Assembly (NCBI GenBank): GCA_002633005.1
Contig: NMRA01000221.1
Coordinates: 188,290 to 252,289, forward strand
From: Phoronis australis
Lineage: Eukaryota > Animalia > Phoronida
DNA length: 64,000 nucleotides
Direction of reading: 5' to 3'
Positions 12,854 through 26,000 of the stretch are shown here, piece by piece; the stretch's first letter is position 1, and the number at the start of each line of letters is the position of its first letter. The translations under genes were made by a program, and so were the position numbers. A model generated the notes under the pieces. It did not search any database and was not told the DNA's origin. It saw only the letters and a program-made list of their open reading frames with translations.

Positions 12854-15800
12854 ATGGGAGAACGTAAGTATTTTGTAAAACACTGTGTTGTTTAAATAGT
12901 CGGTGTTGTTTAGCTATTTGATTGATTGTGAACCGTGATCCACGGAACACTAAAAATAAAGGCGAAACATGAGCCTCCCGCCAGACCGCCATGTAGCCAG
13001 CAAGGGCCCAGTGCAGTAGTAGTCATTGTAGTATACTGGGGAACCCAATGTTCGTCCGCCTAAGCATAAAACCGACTTGCTGTTGTACTCACCGAATTAT
13101 TCCACTTCAAAGTTAAGATCTGAATAGGATTCGATTTAACTCTCACAGATATACCGCATTCATCGATTCGGAAGTTTTCTTTAATTTGTGCCGAGTTATT
13201 TCAAATGTGCACTGCCTTCGGCAGCCATTTTATTGTGAAACCTAAGTTCGTCATATGCTGCCCCCTTTTGTAAAAACTGAGAAACATGCAGAAAAAGGCC
13301 AACGAAGTAATGAAAATTGCAACAGCCTGTTTTTATTGACATAAACTCGATTTGAAGCTTTGATGTTGAGCTCTGCACTGTGGTTTCCAATAAAAGCCAA
13401 TTGGACAACATTTCAATGCAGTTTAATGGTGAATGCGTGAGGCAAAATGTTAAGAACCCAGCGTATCGCATTTGTCTGCGGATTTTTCCTTTGGCCTTCT
13501 AGATCCTACTAGTGCCTGGGAAAAACAGATACATTGCATAAACAAACCCTGGATCATGTTTTGTGTCCCGTCGGAAGAAAATTTAAATTCGAAAACATCT
13601 TCTGAAAACGCACAAAAAAGTGTATTAGTAAAATCTACTGATTTTTAAGTGGTTTTAAAAAACAATCGGTAAACTCACCGATTTTTGTCTCATTACTTTG
13701 ATACGTGTCTCTTCCGATAAGTTAGTACCTAACGTGCAGACGAGAACTCCAAATTGGAACGCTAAGTCCCGCGTGGTTGCGCTGCACGCGAAACAAGATG
13801 GCGGACGAACTTTGGAGCCTGACGAAAATAGGTAACCGGACGATACTTTCTAACTTGTAAGTGAAGACTGTCGTAAAAATTTGTATACCGCTTAGCATCA
13901 AGGCTGCTCTCCGGGTAAACTTTAAACGATTGTTTGTAGAGCTTGAAGTGAGCGTTTTCCCATAGGCCGACATTTTAGTCAGTAATCCGTGGACTGTCGG
14001 TCGGGTAGCCGTCGATCGTTCGTGAATGTCACTCGACTCAGATCAAGATAGTTGAGTCTATTTCTGTGCAAGGAGCTGGTATTTAATAAGTTGCACAGTT
14101 TGAACCAAGTGCTTGGACCGTTGATTGCCATTATTTCATTGCACAAGATGGTAAAAGTCTTTACTTAAACGTGCGGCATGGCCGAGTGTAACCATGCCGT
14201 GAATAACTTTAATACGCTTACACGAAAGCCAGGCATTTCTAATGATATGCATGACTTTTCACAGCTCGTTCTTCTGAGCGTCTTTTACTGGGATCAAAGA
14301 GAGCGCGGCGCCAGAGTCAGATACAGTTGCGATGACCGCATTGTCCGGTACGAGCAAGACCCAAGTGTAGTGAATTACCCAACCATAAACTGTAGTAAAC
14401 ATCGATCTCTGCCTGTACATACTGGCGAATTTTCAAAATGCATTAACCAACAATTTTCGTTAAAAACAAATACCACAGCTGTATTTGGATGGAAACAAAC
14501 AACCATGTTTGCTTTTCGATTTTTAAAAATCGATGAACTATTAAGCTAAAAACTACAAACATTGGGTTCGACTTCATGAAGATAAACGACTGTGCATATT
14601 GATATACTCGGTGATTTACAAACGCTGATCAGAGTTTCCATTATTACGTGGATTATTCTTTTAATATACAACTAAGCACATTGAAACATCTATAAACAAC
14701 ACACAGTGACTGTGAATTAGTTGTCAATAACTTTTAAAACATCGCTTACTATAGCTCAGTGCATGCCGAACTACTTTACTCCTGAAGTATACTCTAACCG
14801 GAAAACTAGCTGCTATTCGCAAATGCGCCAATTTTGATGGTTAGCTTGCAGTTGTAATGGAACACCTGTGAAGACAACTAAGATGGCTAGCTTTGTAGTC
14901 AACCGAGCTAGAGTGCAAGCAGTGGATGAGGTTGCCAGGTCGGTGGGGAAGAGCTATGAGTTCATTTTTTATGACTGAGGAAAAGCTAGAATTGTTATGT
15001 AGTTACTGCAACCAAAATTGTCCAGACATTCCAAATCTTCAGTGTGGCTATCATCATATTTTCACTTTTGTATATATTTTATGATTTGAGTTCTAATAAA
15101 GATTGAACTTGAACTACTGGCACATGTAGTTTTGTTTGTTGTGACATGTTTGGTGTAGCTGTAATCTGAAAAATTCAATGGGTTCACAATTAACTGACTT
15201 CTAAGTTGTTTTGATACTTCATTTAAACGCAAAATAAAAAGATAACAACCCTAATCCATAAGTAATGAAAAGAGGTATGAAACATATTTGAAACCAACGT
15301 TCTTTTGGGAAGTGGCCCATTGTCAAGATCACCGCAAATTAACTTTATAGTCTTTTTGTTAGATTTAAAATGTATACGTAACAAGTTAAAACTGCTCTCC
15401 ACATAGCTGGCTTTAACTTTGTGCAAATGCCAGAGAAAAAACAATTTGGATGTAACAACGACCACACCACCATTATTAAGAAAGTAGTGCAAGTTATACC
15501 TTTCCACTTCATTAGCTCAGATCTACATCAATTCACAAAGGGCGAGGTGAATAGGCTCCATTAAAGTTGTGTGGGGCTAAGAGAATCTGAGCGGTGACCA
15601 GTGTAAGCGAGAGTACGCATGACCATGTTGGCGATCCTCGGCCTGTTCATGTTTTAATTGCTTATTTGCTGTGTAGTTGTCTTGTTTTCAAAGTTCCTGT
15701 TACTAATACGTTTCTTTTTCTGCTTGACAGAGGGACCACAGAAGAAAGAAAAGCCTGAACCAGCTGTGCTTGGGGAGATCAGCTTGGGATTTCTTGCTAA

Positions 15801-17993
15801 AGAGCTCAGTGAAACACCAATACAATTCGGTATTCATTTTGTTACATTTGTTAGGTGTACTGCAGACAGTTGTAGTGGTGCGAAAGGAAGAGCATGTCCG
15901 ACATATGAGTGGGTCACTTTTTATGAAGTGGTCGGGTGGAACCTCATTATCATTCTTTGGGACGTGTTTCTTGTTTTAACAAATTATATCAATTGTATAT
16001 ACATCTCCTAATTAAGTCTGGCAATAGCCAAACTGGATATGTGAGGTACTTGCTAGTATTGGTTTTTAATTAGTAAATGTAAGTTATAAGTAAGAATTGT
16101 TGGTCTATTCTCACATGTCGTGTTGGTCACATCACGTGACCTAGAATTAAATCTGAAAATATTTGACTGTATAGTTCACGTGATGTGACTCATCATATAG
16201 ATTATGTGAGAAGACTAATAATTCTTACCATGTGGAAAATTTCTCATTTACACTGGTCACCTCGCTCTTTGTATTGATGTAGATCTGAGCTAATGAAGTG
16301 GAAAGGTAGTAGTTAGCACTACAGTCTCAACAATGATGGTTGTTATTAAACCCAAACTGGTTTTCTCTGGCATTTGCACAGATGATGCCATGAATAATAC
16401 GCTTACAGGAAAGTCACGCATTTCTAAAGATATGCACGACTTCACCACTTGTCTTTTTTTGAGCGGCTAATTACCAGGATCAAAGTGAGCGAACCGATAG
16501 AGTCAGACTCAGTCGCAATGACCATGCACATTTAACGAAAATTATTGGTTAATGCATTTTGAAAATTCGCCATTATGTACAGGCAGAGATGCTTGTTTAC
16601 TATAGTTTTTGGTCTGATAAATGCACTAATAATTGGGTCTTAATCGCACCAGACAATGTGGTCAACTCTGGTGCTGTGCTCTCTTTAATCCTGGTAAAAG
16701 CTGCTTTGGATGAGCGGCGAAAATTCCTGCATATCTTTAGCAATGCGTAACTTCCTATTATTCACGGCATGCATATCAATTCGCTGATTATTAACAGCAC
16801 AATTACATTAACAAAAATTATAGTTTATCATATTTTGTTTTGGGAAAGATCTCTGCTGTTACTCTGGCAAGTAATTTGCATTAGAGTGCCTGTAGAGTAT
16901 TTGTTACAGTAAACTACTTGTTTGGCTCCGACAATACTCAGTCATGGAGACAAAGCAAAGGTATCACCTGTTTGTAGTATATATGCATGTATTGGACCAG
17001 TTATTGCACCAGCTTGTGGAAGTTGTTGATCTCTTTTGGCTGTTTGTGTTCTCTGCTAAATATTGATTTTAAAGTTAGAGTTAATGACTAAGGTAAACAT
17101 ATTAATAAGTGTCTGTATTGATTAACATGTTAGTAAACGTTGATGTTGTATGAGAAGAGTGGCCTGTTTATGGCAGAGTCAATTGGTTTTGTCGTTTGCC
17201 TATTTCACAGACATCAGTCTGAGACTGAATGTCTAAAAATCTGTCGACAAATCAAAAGGCAGAAATCTGTGGTGTGCTCGTCTGGACAAAAGACGAAACA
17301 ATTTGAGAAATGCAGAAGACAAACAGTCTCAACTGTTGGCTATTGGTTGTGAGATGTTTGACTGAAGTCAAAAGCCAAGTCTCTTTGAGAGAAAAGAATC
17401 TCCCATATGTACCCAATGCAGCTGTGGGAAGGAAAGAAGTCATGTGGCTAGAAAAGAGTATTATGATGTCCCTATTTGCTTTCCATGGGGGCCCTCAATA
17501 ATAAGTCATGTGAAGCTTGCAATTAAATGTGAAATATACAGTCCGTACCTCTCTCTAGCTCACTAAGCATACTGTAAGCATATTGTAAATCAATGAGTGG
17601 GAAACAACACCCTGCTTTCGTAAATCGTCACATAAAAGAACTGTTCATAATAAAATGAAATTTGTCTTCATATTATTGTCGTACCAAATTATTGACAAGT
17701 CAGTCGTGGTTTCTTCTAAATTTTCTATCTGTCCTCTTCTACTTTTAGGTATGCTGTTAAATATCCCCACTCTGTCAATCAGTTTAAAGAAGGAGAAGAC
17801 GTCTGGTGATGACTATGAACTGGCCAAAGAGCTTGTGCTCCAATGGAAAGTGATGAGAGCGACGGCCAAGGACAGAGACAAGATTGCAGAGATGGACCGG
17901 GTGTTGCGTGAACTGAACAAGCACGACGCTGCCGATGTCTGGCTAGAACGACACAGAAACAACCAGGAACTGACTGCTGATGCGTTCCAGTAA
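12854..17993 (+). CDS. Small death-domain-like protein (~117 aa, 3 coding exons)
   Basis: Exons 12854-12863 (ATGGGAGAAC|GTAAGT), 15731-15829 and 17749-17993 join in matching phase with GT-AG introns (354 nt): MGEQGPQKKEKPEPAVLGEISLGFLAKELSETPIQFGMLLNIPTLSISLKKEKTSGDDYELAKELVLQWKVMRATAKDRDKIAEMDRVLRELNKHDAADVWLERHRNNQELTADAFQ. The pattern LAxxL...GxxLxI...LxxW...LxxLxxxDxA resembles a death fold. Exon 1 is the least certain. Confidence 0.72.
16385..16770. mobile_element. MITE-like foldback element with ~110-140-bp imperfect terminal inverted repeats
   Basis: Starts ATGCCATGAATAATA and ends TATTATTCACGGCAT. Arms ~16385-16523 and ~16660-16770 are diverged reverse complements. A further copy of the left arm lies at ~14194-14337. 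Confidence 0.7.
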
Positions 17994-19266
17994 ACTTTTA
18001 ACTTATAGACGAGAGTATGAAGGGAATTTTGACATTAGGGAGATGTTGTGTAATCATTTGGTACACTGGCATCTGAAGACACTGCTTGGAACTTGTTATC
18101 TTAAAATAAGTACCCTGACATTTAATTGACCATAAAAACTTCAGTGCCAGTACTGGCGTCATCAAGAGGTAGCATATGCTCACCTGTTTTGTGCTCATGA
18201 CTGCTGTGGTGGCGATTTTGACCAACTGTTGACGTGGGTATGGTTTTGATTTTATTTTTCAGTTTATGTACAGCAATACACTCTGCCTCTTTTCAGGAAA
18301 CTTGTGTGTAGTTTCTTTTTGTAGCATGAGGTTTCTGGTCATGAGAATAATTGTTCCAACAATTTATTTCAGGTAAAGCCAGTAGCCCATGTTACAAACA
18401 TATTGAAACCTAGTATTAAATCTTAACTGTAATATTATTCAACACACTGATTTTTTTCTTGTCCATGACTGCAACAATTGCCAGTGTATAGGGGGTCTAA
18501 GAGCAGTCAAAAGTGTACTTAGGGTATTATCAACTTGTTTTTGACTTGAAGTCTATGCTGACTTCTAATCAGATGTATTTCATCTTCACAAAGGTAAGGC
18601 CACACAAAACAATATTAAGATTAAGTCAAATTTACCAAGGTATAGTCGAACTGCATTACAACAAGGCTGGTTCAAAACATTCGCTTGCATGAGGAACCTG
18701 GTCCAGGTAAAAATTGACTGTTGGATGATGATCTTCAGACAGTTGGTGTTAGTTAATGCAAACAAAATAGTCCATTGAATGCAGTCTAAGTGCTTGGGCA
18801 CTTATGTATTGCTTTACGACACCTCACTCGTTAAACTATATGTGCCTGTTGACACGCCAGATGGCGCTCTATTGTGTTGACAGGGAATGGGTAATTGAAA
18901 CTTGGGCTTCAGTCTACAAACTTAATTGGGTTATGGCTTGAATTTTCACCTGTGTTAGGTACCTCATGTGTTTACAACATTTCATTTTTTTCAAGTCCCA
19001 AGCCAACTTGACTACATGCTATTTGATTTGGCTGCAATGAATTGCATGTTTTAGTGACGTCCGAAGAGTATTTGTTGTAATGCTACTCGATTTTACATTA
19101 AATTAAGTTTGCAATGATGTCCTCATGAAAGGACTTTCACTGCAACATTGAGAATGTTTTAAAGATGGCGACACAAGTGAACAGAAATGTATTTGTACAT
19201 TTTGGTTAATTGTGTTTCATGTTGCTTCCATAAAATTTCTTGTTTCCGTTCAATATGACTTGCGTG

Positions 19267-19336
19267 TAATGTATTAGTTATACGATAAATGTATTAGTTA
19301 TACGATAAATGCATTAGTTATACGATAAATGTATTA
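19267..19336. repeat. 20-bp tandem repeat, ~3.4 copies
   Basis: Unit AATGTATTAGTTATACGATA. Confidence 0.9.
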
Positions 19337-20045
19337 TCAAACTTTTCTATCAAGCGCAGATCATATTGTGAATATTAAGAACATTCATATTCCACTAATG
19401 TGACGGATTTGAAGATATTTATTGATATCCAGATATTGACTCGTGGACCTTTTAAGTCAACTGGGTTGATAGTTTTATCACATTATTAATTGCAGTGTGC
19501 CTGTTTTTGTACCATTTGAACGGTAGTACGGTATTGTTTTCCTTTCGATATGCACGGTAGATATGTTTTATATATTTATTTACAAAAACAAGTGCATATT
19601 TACACAAACTTTCCTAAAATAAAACATCTAGATTTGTAACATTTTTGTTTCCTACGTTCTAACACTGTCTTCATATTGATACCCACTTAATCAGATGAAA
19701 ACAAACACCGAGTATGACAGCTGAATATTCATCAGAGAGGAGCATTCCTTACATGTAGACGATTTGCTGCCAACTGAACTCTAATCACCTTTACATCCTG
19801 TAGAGATGAAGAACTCTCTAGTGTTTGAAAACAAAGATGTAAAAGCAACACCTCACTGCTGGCAGATCTCAATCTTTGTTCATACTCCCAACTATGACAA
19901 CAATACTGTTTACGCTGTGACATAGGATGTCGAGAAACCTAACCATCCAGGTTTTCGTCGTTATTACGTCAACGGATGTATGAGGAAATGCAAATGCCAC
20001 TGGTTTTCCCTGGAGGGCATGACTCCAGGAAAACATGGTCTCTTG

Positions 20046-23000
20046 TTATGAGAAGTTTATCGACTGTACATTCAGATTGCCCGGATACGTGGACGTGTAG
20101 ATGACGTTGTGTTGACCAGTGGTCGGGTCAGTTAGAATGTTTCCTGACAATGTTTGCGCTGAAAGTAGAAGACATACAACCTTACTTTATAGACAACAGA
20201 TCCGCAACTCTGACATTTTCTTGCACACTATCCTAGAGGAGGCGCCACTCTCTTAAATTACCAATTTCAGTTTCCGGTTAGTGTACTATGGAAATTCTTG
20301 CATCTATTTTACAGTTCAGTGCAACGAAAAAAAATAATTTCGGCATTGAAACCCTGTTCTAAGTCTTTCAATAATAGATCTTTTGGTATCGTGAGTACTT
20401 TTGGCACCCGACAATACAACAGCCAACCATGATTAGCAGTTGAAAGTAAAACTTGCTAATTTTGCCAGGTGTCGCTAGTGAACAATGACGTCACAGCTGA
20501 TACATAAGATCACAGATTTTGTCCATTGAAAATATACGGAGTTGGCGGTCCATGTGCTATAATAGTCTATGATACAGCATAGCAAAAAACAAATGATGCC
20601 CTCTGGTATGTATGAAGATGAAAAATTACACTTATGAAAAATAATATTTGCTTTGGTAGCACGATTGATTGTAACAAAATTGTGTGAAAACTATAAAATC
20701 CAATCACTGTTTTTGTTGCCAACTGGACACTAAATCGTTTAAGGTTGACAACCACAGCCTAAATTGCAAGACCAAAGTAGCTCCACAGATTGATATCTGC
20801 TTGCCGTTACGTAAACTTTAATGGCAAGAAGTCTAAATGATTGGTTCAGGAAACCAACATCTGTAAAACAATAAAATTGCACATCCGAAGTTTTTGTAGT
20901 TAATGTTGATTACGTTAACGGAGTCTGTTTAGATTTCAATTCTCCCTGACAAATGAATGAGTATACAAACAGACTCGAAATGAAAAAGGTGTTCGAATTT
21001 TATCAGCCCAACAAAATATGACGCTTTCTAGGAATTGGGTAAAAATTTATGGATTCAGAAAGACTTTCTGCATTGTCCTACATCTATCGTAAGTCAAGCT
21101 GTAAATTGCCTGTACTGGGATCTCTTCTTCCATATTAATGGAAATAATGATAATCACCAAACAGGTTTACACTAACATGTAAAAAAATAATTGGACAACA
21201 TCAGCCTGGTGATTCAGAAGCTACAGAATTTTCAATAATTATGGTTGAGTGGCAGCCGAATTTGTGGTTTGATTGGCTGGAGAGACGATTCAATACCGTA
21301 ATGACGGTTTCGTCCAGTTATTCTCGGTGTGTACGCTAGAAATGCTGGGAATATTATTTTCAAAGCAGGTTACGACAGTAAAGTCAGCGATGGATATTCA
21401 AAACTAAATAGAAGGTTATTAAGATGTTACCAACCTCTCCAGTCAAAAGGCTAATTTGCTTTATATCATTTACACCAACATATGGTTAGTCTCGAATTCT
21501 GGGCTTGGGATGAACAGAAAATTTTACTAGGTTCAAGACTTGACCTGCTGGGTAATAGTAGGCACTGAGCACAGTAACAAGACATAACTATCAGCTCTCT
21601 TCATCAGAGAAAGAAACGCTGAGATCAGTTCCGCCATAGTAAATGGTGTAAACCAAAAAATTAAGTCTATAGTGGGAGAGGAAATGTTTATAGCATCTTA
21701 AAATTTTATGCTCGCATTTCAAAATCCTTTTCTAAAAACTTGAACAACTAGCATAGTTTATAAATCACTTACTGCAGAACGAATCTTCGAGCACTTCGCT
21801 AAGCCCCGCCTCCGACACGTCACCCCCGCCCACTGACAGGACTTTTTCTCCCTTGGATGACTGAAATAATAAGTTACATGTCACTCAACTATCCACAGAT
21901 CTTTTGTTATTGCCATTGAAGTCCAGTAGTTTGCCACAGACTGTGGGTACTCCCACTGGCTATGTATACAGAGACGCTGTTGCTTGACATACGTGTTCCA
22001 AAGAATATTACGGGGGAAATGAATTTAAATACCAACACAGTTAAGCTCGCTAAACATAAGAAGTTTTTAAGCTCACAGTGGAACTGATAATAATGCAGTT
22101 AAAAGCTCAGTCATAATTTTGTTCTGTTTTCTTAGTAAATGTGGTAAAACCAATCAAGAGGTGTAGCTGAGCAACCTTTTAAAGCGGCACTCTTTGACGC
22201 ACTGAAGGAAAGAGAATGGCTCAGTTTGAACAACTGTGTCAGCATCATTGGTTGAAATAATATTCCGTGCACTCCACTAGCATCACACTTCATTAAGAGT
22301 CAAGTAGAGATAACAAATCCTGGCGAATTAGCAAAGCTTAATTTTTGCACTGAGTGCAAAACTATGCCGAGTCGCTGACGGCCAATTGTTAGGTAAATGT
22401 GGCAAACTTGGCAAGCCAAGGTGTTCAAAACTTTGCTTGCATGTGTTCGTCTAGTATTTTGCTACAATTAGCGAGGTCTGGAGAATAGATTCGTCATTGG
22501 TCTCTAGAGGCATTGTAGTATAAGATGATCACTTACTTCGAAACGTGGTAGGTTGTTTGCATACGTTTCGACCTGGTCCGCCAGGTCTTTGTCAATGAAT
22601 GAGGAATTTCCCGCCTTTTAGCTTTACAGTCAATAAACATCAGCAGTCAGCGCCCCCTCTTGAATCGAGACCGAGGCCTCCACTTACCTCCCATGAATTC
22701 AAACATTCTTAATGAGCGAAAGGCGGGAAATCCCTCATTCATTGACAAAGACCTGGCGGACCAGGTCGAAACGTCTTCAAAAAACCAACCACGTCTCTAA
22801 GTACGTGATCATCTTATACTACAATTAGCTGGGTGCAGGTTTCAATACGAGTCAGGGACCAGAGCCAATTATGCCTTTTGGCCTGAAACTGAAACGCACG
22901 GGTAATTTGAGAAAAAAACAAGCAGCTTTGTAATTCATAGACAAAAAGAAATGTCACCCGAACTTACCTCTCTGTATTTTTGTAAATATATTTTAAGCGG

Positions 23001-26000
23001 TTCTACATAATTATCAAAGCCCAGCGTTGACATGGCGTACAAGATGTCTTCACCGTTTATGGTCTTACGTTTCTCTTGGTGACACCGTTCACTGGCTCTG
23101 ATTCAGTCATTAAGGGCACACAGCACATTTCTATCAACCTATTTCAAAATTTAAAAAAGGCCTTGGCATATATGTTTCATGGATTCGCACGATAACTCTA
23201 AAAGTTTTTCCCCAACAACAAATGCATGAACATAAATTTCAAAAATGTGATGGGCGCTTTAACTCATGCAGGACAAGTACTTGATGGGATGTTAGTTACC
23301 GTTTCCACTCCTTAAGTGAAGATATCGCACTGTAAGTACTTCACTATAGTCTTGGGCCTACAGAGGGCAGCCCAACTGAGAACATTTACTTCATTATTGA
23401 AAACATAGTTTAACCAAGCAAAGGATACTCGCTAGTGATAAAGCTGATGAACTCTGACACACACTCTTGACAACACTCTTTGGCATCTTTAGCAATCTGC
23501 AAAATACCATAGTACACTTGAGGGTGTGGTTATCATATATTAAGCAAATACACGCGCGTAATACAGCAATTGTCATTAACAGGGATCCCGGATTTTGAGA
23601 ATAAGTTTGATACCTTTTATTCAGTGGATGAAACCGGTTTTCAAAACAGAAGAACCTTAACTGCTATGCATACTCCATCGGCTACGGTTCGTTAAATCAA
23701 AAGTCTATGGGTCACCTGTTTTACTTTCACAGGAATGCGATTGAATATACAAGACGTTTACACACCCTAATACCAGGTTTTCCCAAAACTATGTATAGTA
23801 GGATACAATGAGGGATTAACGAGATACAGTATGAAGACATGACTATCTACACTCATATCACAGGGATTTCCTTCTTTAGATAAGTACACACAGCAATATA
23901 CACAAAATCCTTCATACCAAAACAGGAAGTTTTAAATGAGACATCGCATACGGCTGTAACAAAAAACAAACATGTCAAGCACGGCAACGTGAAGGCACAT
24001 AAGATATTAAACTCACCTTTCCAGATTTAGGAATAGATTTCTTCATTATTCTGGCTACATTTGCTACAGGCAAAAATCGATCCTGAAACAAGAACAACAT
24101 TGACTGGTTGTCTTTTTGAAATGATGTGACCTCACTTGTCAAATGAATGAGATACTAACTAGATACAAAATACAGCTCATTAATATTTCATTGAACAACC
24201 GATGTCTGGATGTCAACTTTAAGTGACCAATATGCCACCATTACCAAAATGCAGACATTCGGACACTGCCTCATTGCTGCCTGTTAACCAATATATTCGG
24301 GCACTGTGTTCTTCCATAACCTGTTTTGACTCAGTGCCCTAACAAGTTTGGATTTTGCCCACATGAACTAGGCTCACTGTGCTGAGACTGAGAAACATCA
24401 TGACTCATTAAACTCCTGGGAAATTGTGCAAACATGAAAAATGCTGTATTCTTCATACCCAACAGGTTCATGTCAAAAGCTGGACATCTCTCTATTCCTT
24501 TTGATGTCAGACATTCATTGCTGTTCATGAGACCAATTTGCCAGAGTGTAAATTATTTCACAATTTTAATTTTAAGCTTTGTGTATCCTTTTAGGATATG
24601 GAACATTTGTTCAACCTTTGGCTCCAATTCAATGTACGGATTCCCAGGTACTGGTCACTTACAGGACAACGGATTTCGTGAACCAGTTTGACACCTGTTA
24701 TTCAATACAGAAAACTGGTTCTCTAAAGTGACTACTACCGATTTCCAGGGTTTGTATAGAAACTCTTCACAGGGACATTCGAATTGTAAGTTTAAAAGTC
24801 TCAGTTGAATTTAAATTTTCTGTTCTGGAAAATCCTGAACAATCATAATTATTTAAGAAAAATAATAAACAAACAGGAATTGAATCAATTGCTAATATAA
24901 AAAACTTCAGAAACCAGATCCGTATATTCACTCTGCCTAACTCCCTGTAATGAGACCAGTACTGCCCCCCAGTGGTGTATCTACAAACCTGTTCCCTCAG
25001 AGGTTCATCACTCTTCATATCATCTTCACCCCCCGCAGCTAGACTGTCATCATTGTCAGCTGTAATGTAAGAATATTACCTTCAGGTACTGTAAGATATT
25101 GATCCACACAATCCTAGCAACACCATATAAATGAATACCTGGTAAGCATCCATTAGGGTGCACAGCTACTTAACATGACAATGTGGCACAAATTTCTCTC
25201 AAAAAACAATTTCACCTGCAACGCTTTTTGAATCACATACGCTGCAGTGTATACCGGTTATTGCCATTTACATGTACGTGACATTCTAAAAGGCTGCGTT
25301 TTCACGTACGATGGAAAACGTTAAGCCAATATAAACCATATTCTGAAGTTAAAAACAACAAATTTCTTTGCAGGCATTATTCCACTCCTCCACAGATGTC
25401 ATGGCATTCTCATCCTTTCTTTGAATTGAAATTGGTGACGGTAAATCCCCAACAGCTCCTCTGACCACCTTACAACATTGGTGAATATTTAAATTTGTAG
25501 CAAGTGCCACCTAGTGACTACCTGGAGAACTGTGTGTGCAAGTATAACCAGGAAAGGAAACAATTCGCAAGTAAATTACAGTTTTAAAGAAAACATCTCA
25601 ACTGATACACTTCAAAACAAGTGTGAACATGTAAAAAACCTATTAATTCCAAATATTACGCAATCATTATTTGATAGTGAAATAAGGAAATAATAAAAAC
25701 TGTGGCCTGCTTTATTAGGGCAATGATGAAATATCACCATACTCATTTGCATAAAAATAGTCTCACAAAACGAGACTTTCACGAGATTGTAATGGTAATT
25801 GGTTCTCGGACGGTTTGCGGCACACTGGAGGATGCAGGGTTGCTTGTAAATTAGTGCTTCATTTGTATATTGACAATTCAATGAGACGGAGCATCTTTAC
25901 TGGGTTGGGTGTGATCCAATAACGATCTGGTCTCGAACTTAGATATTATTTCAGATCTAAGTGAGAAGACAAGAGCATGTGGCCTTAATCAAAAGTTGGT

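Noticed and set aside
18850-18872. Isolated CTCF-like motifs (here, and ~22650, ~25505, ~48181, ~62523) as insulators
   Set aside because: Single partial matches cannot be told from chance without matrix scoring or binding data; only the periodic array in the HINE was reported.
20811-20860. Candidate extra NFYB cassette exon (TTTTACAG ... GTAACG on the minus strand)
   Set aside because: It is 50 nt and would shift the frame of the last exon. Direct splicing 21773 to 20158 already gives the conserved NF-YB C-terminus.
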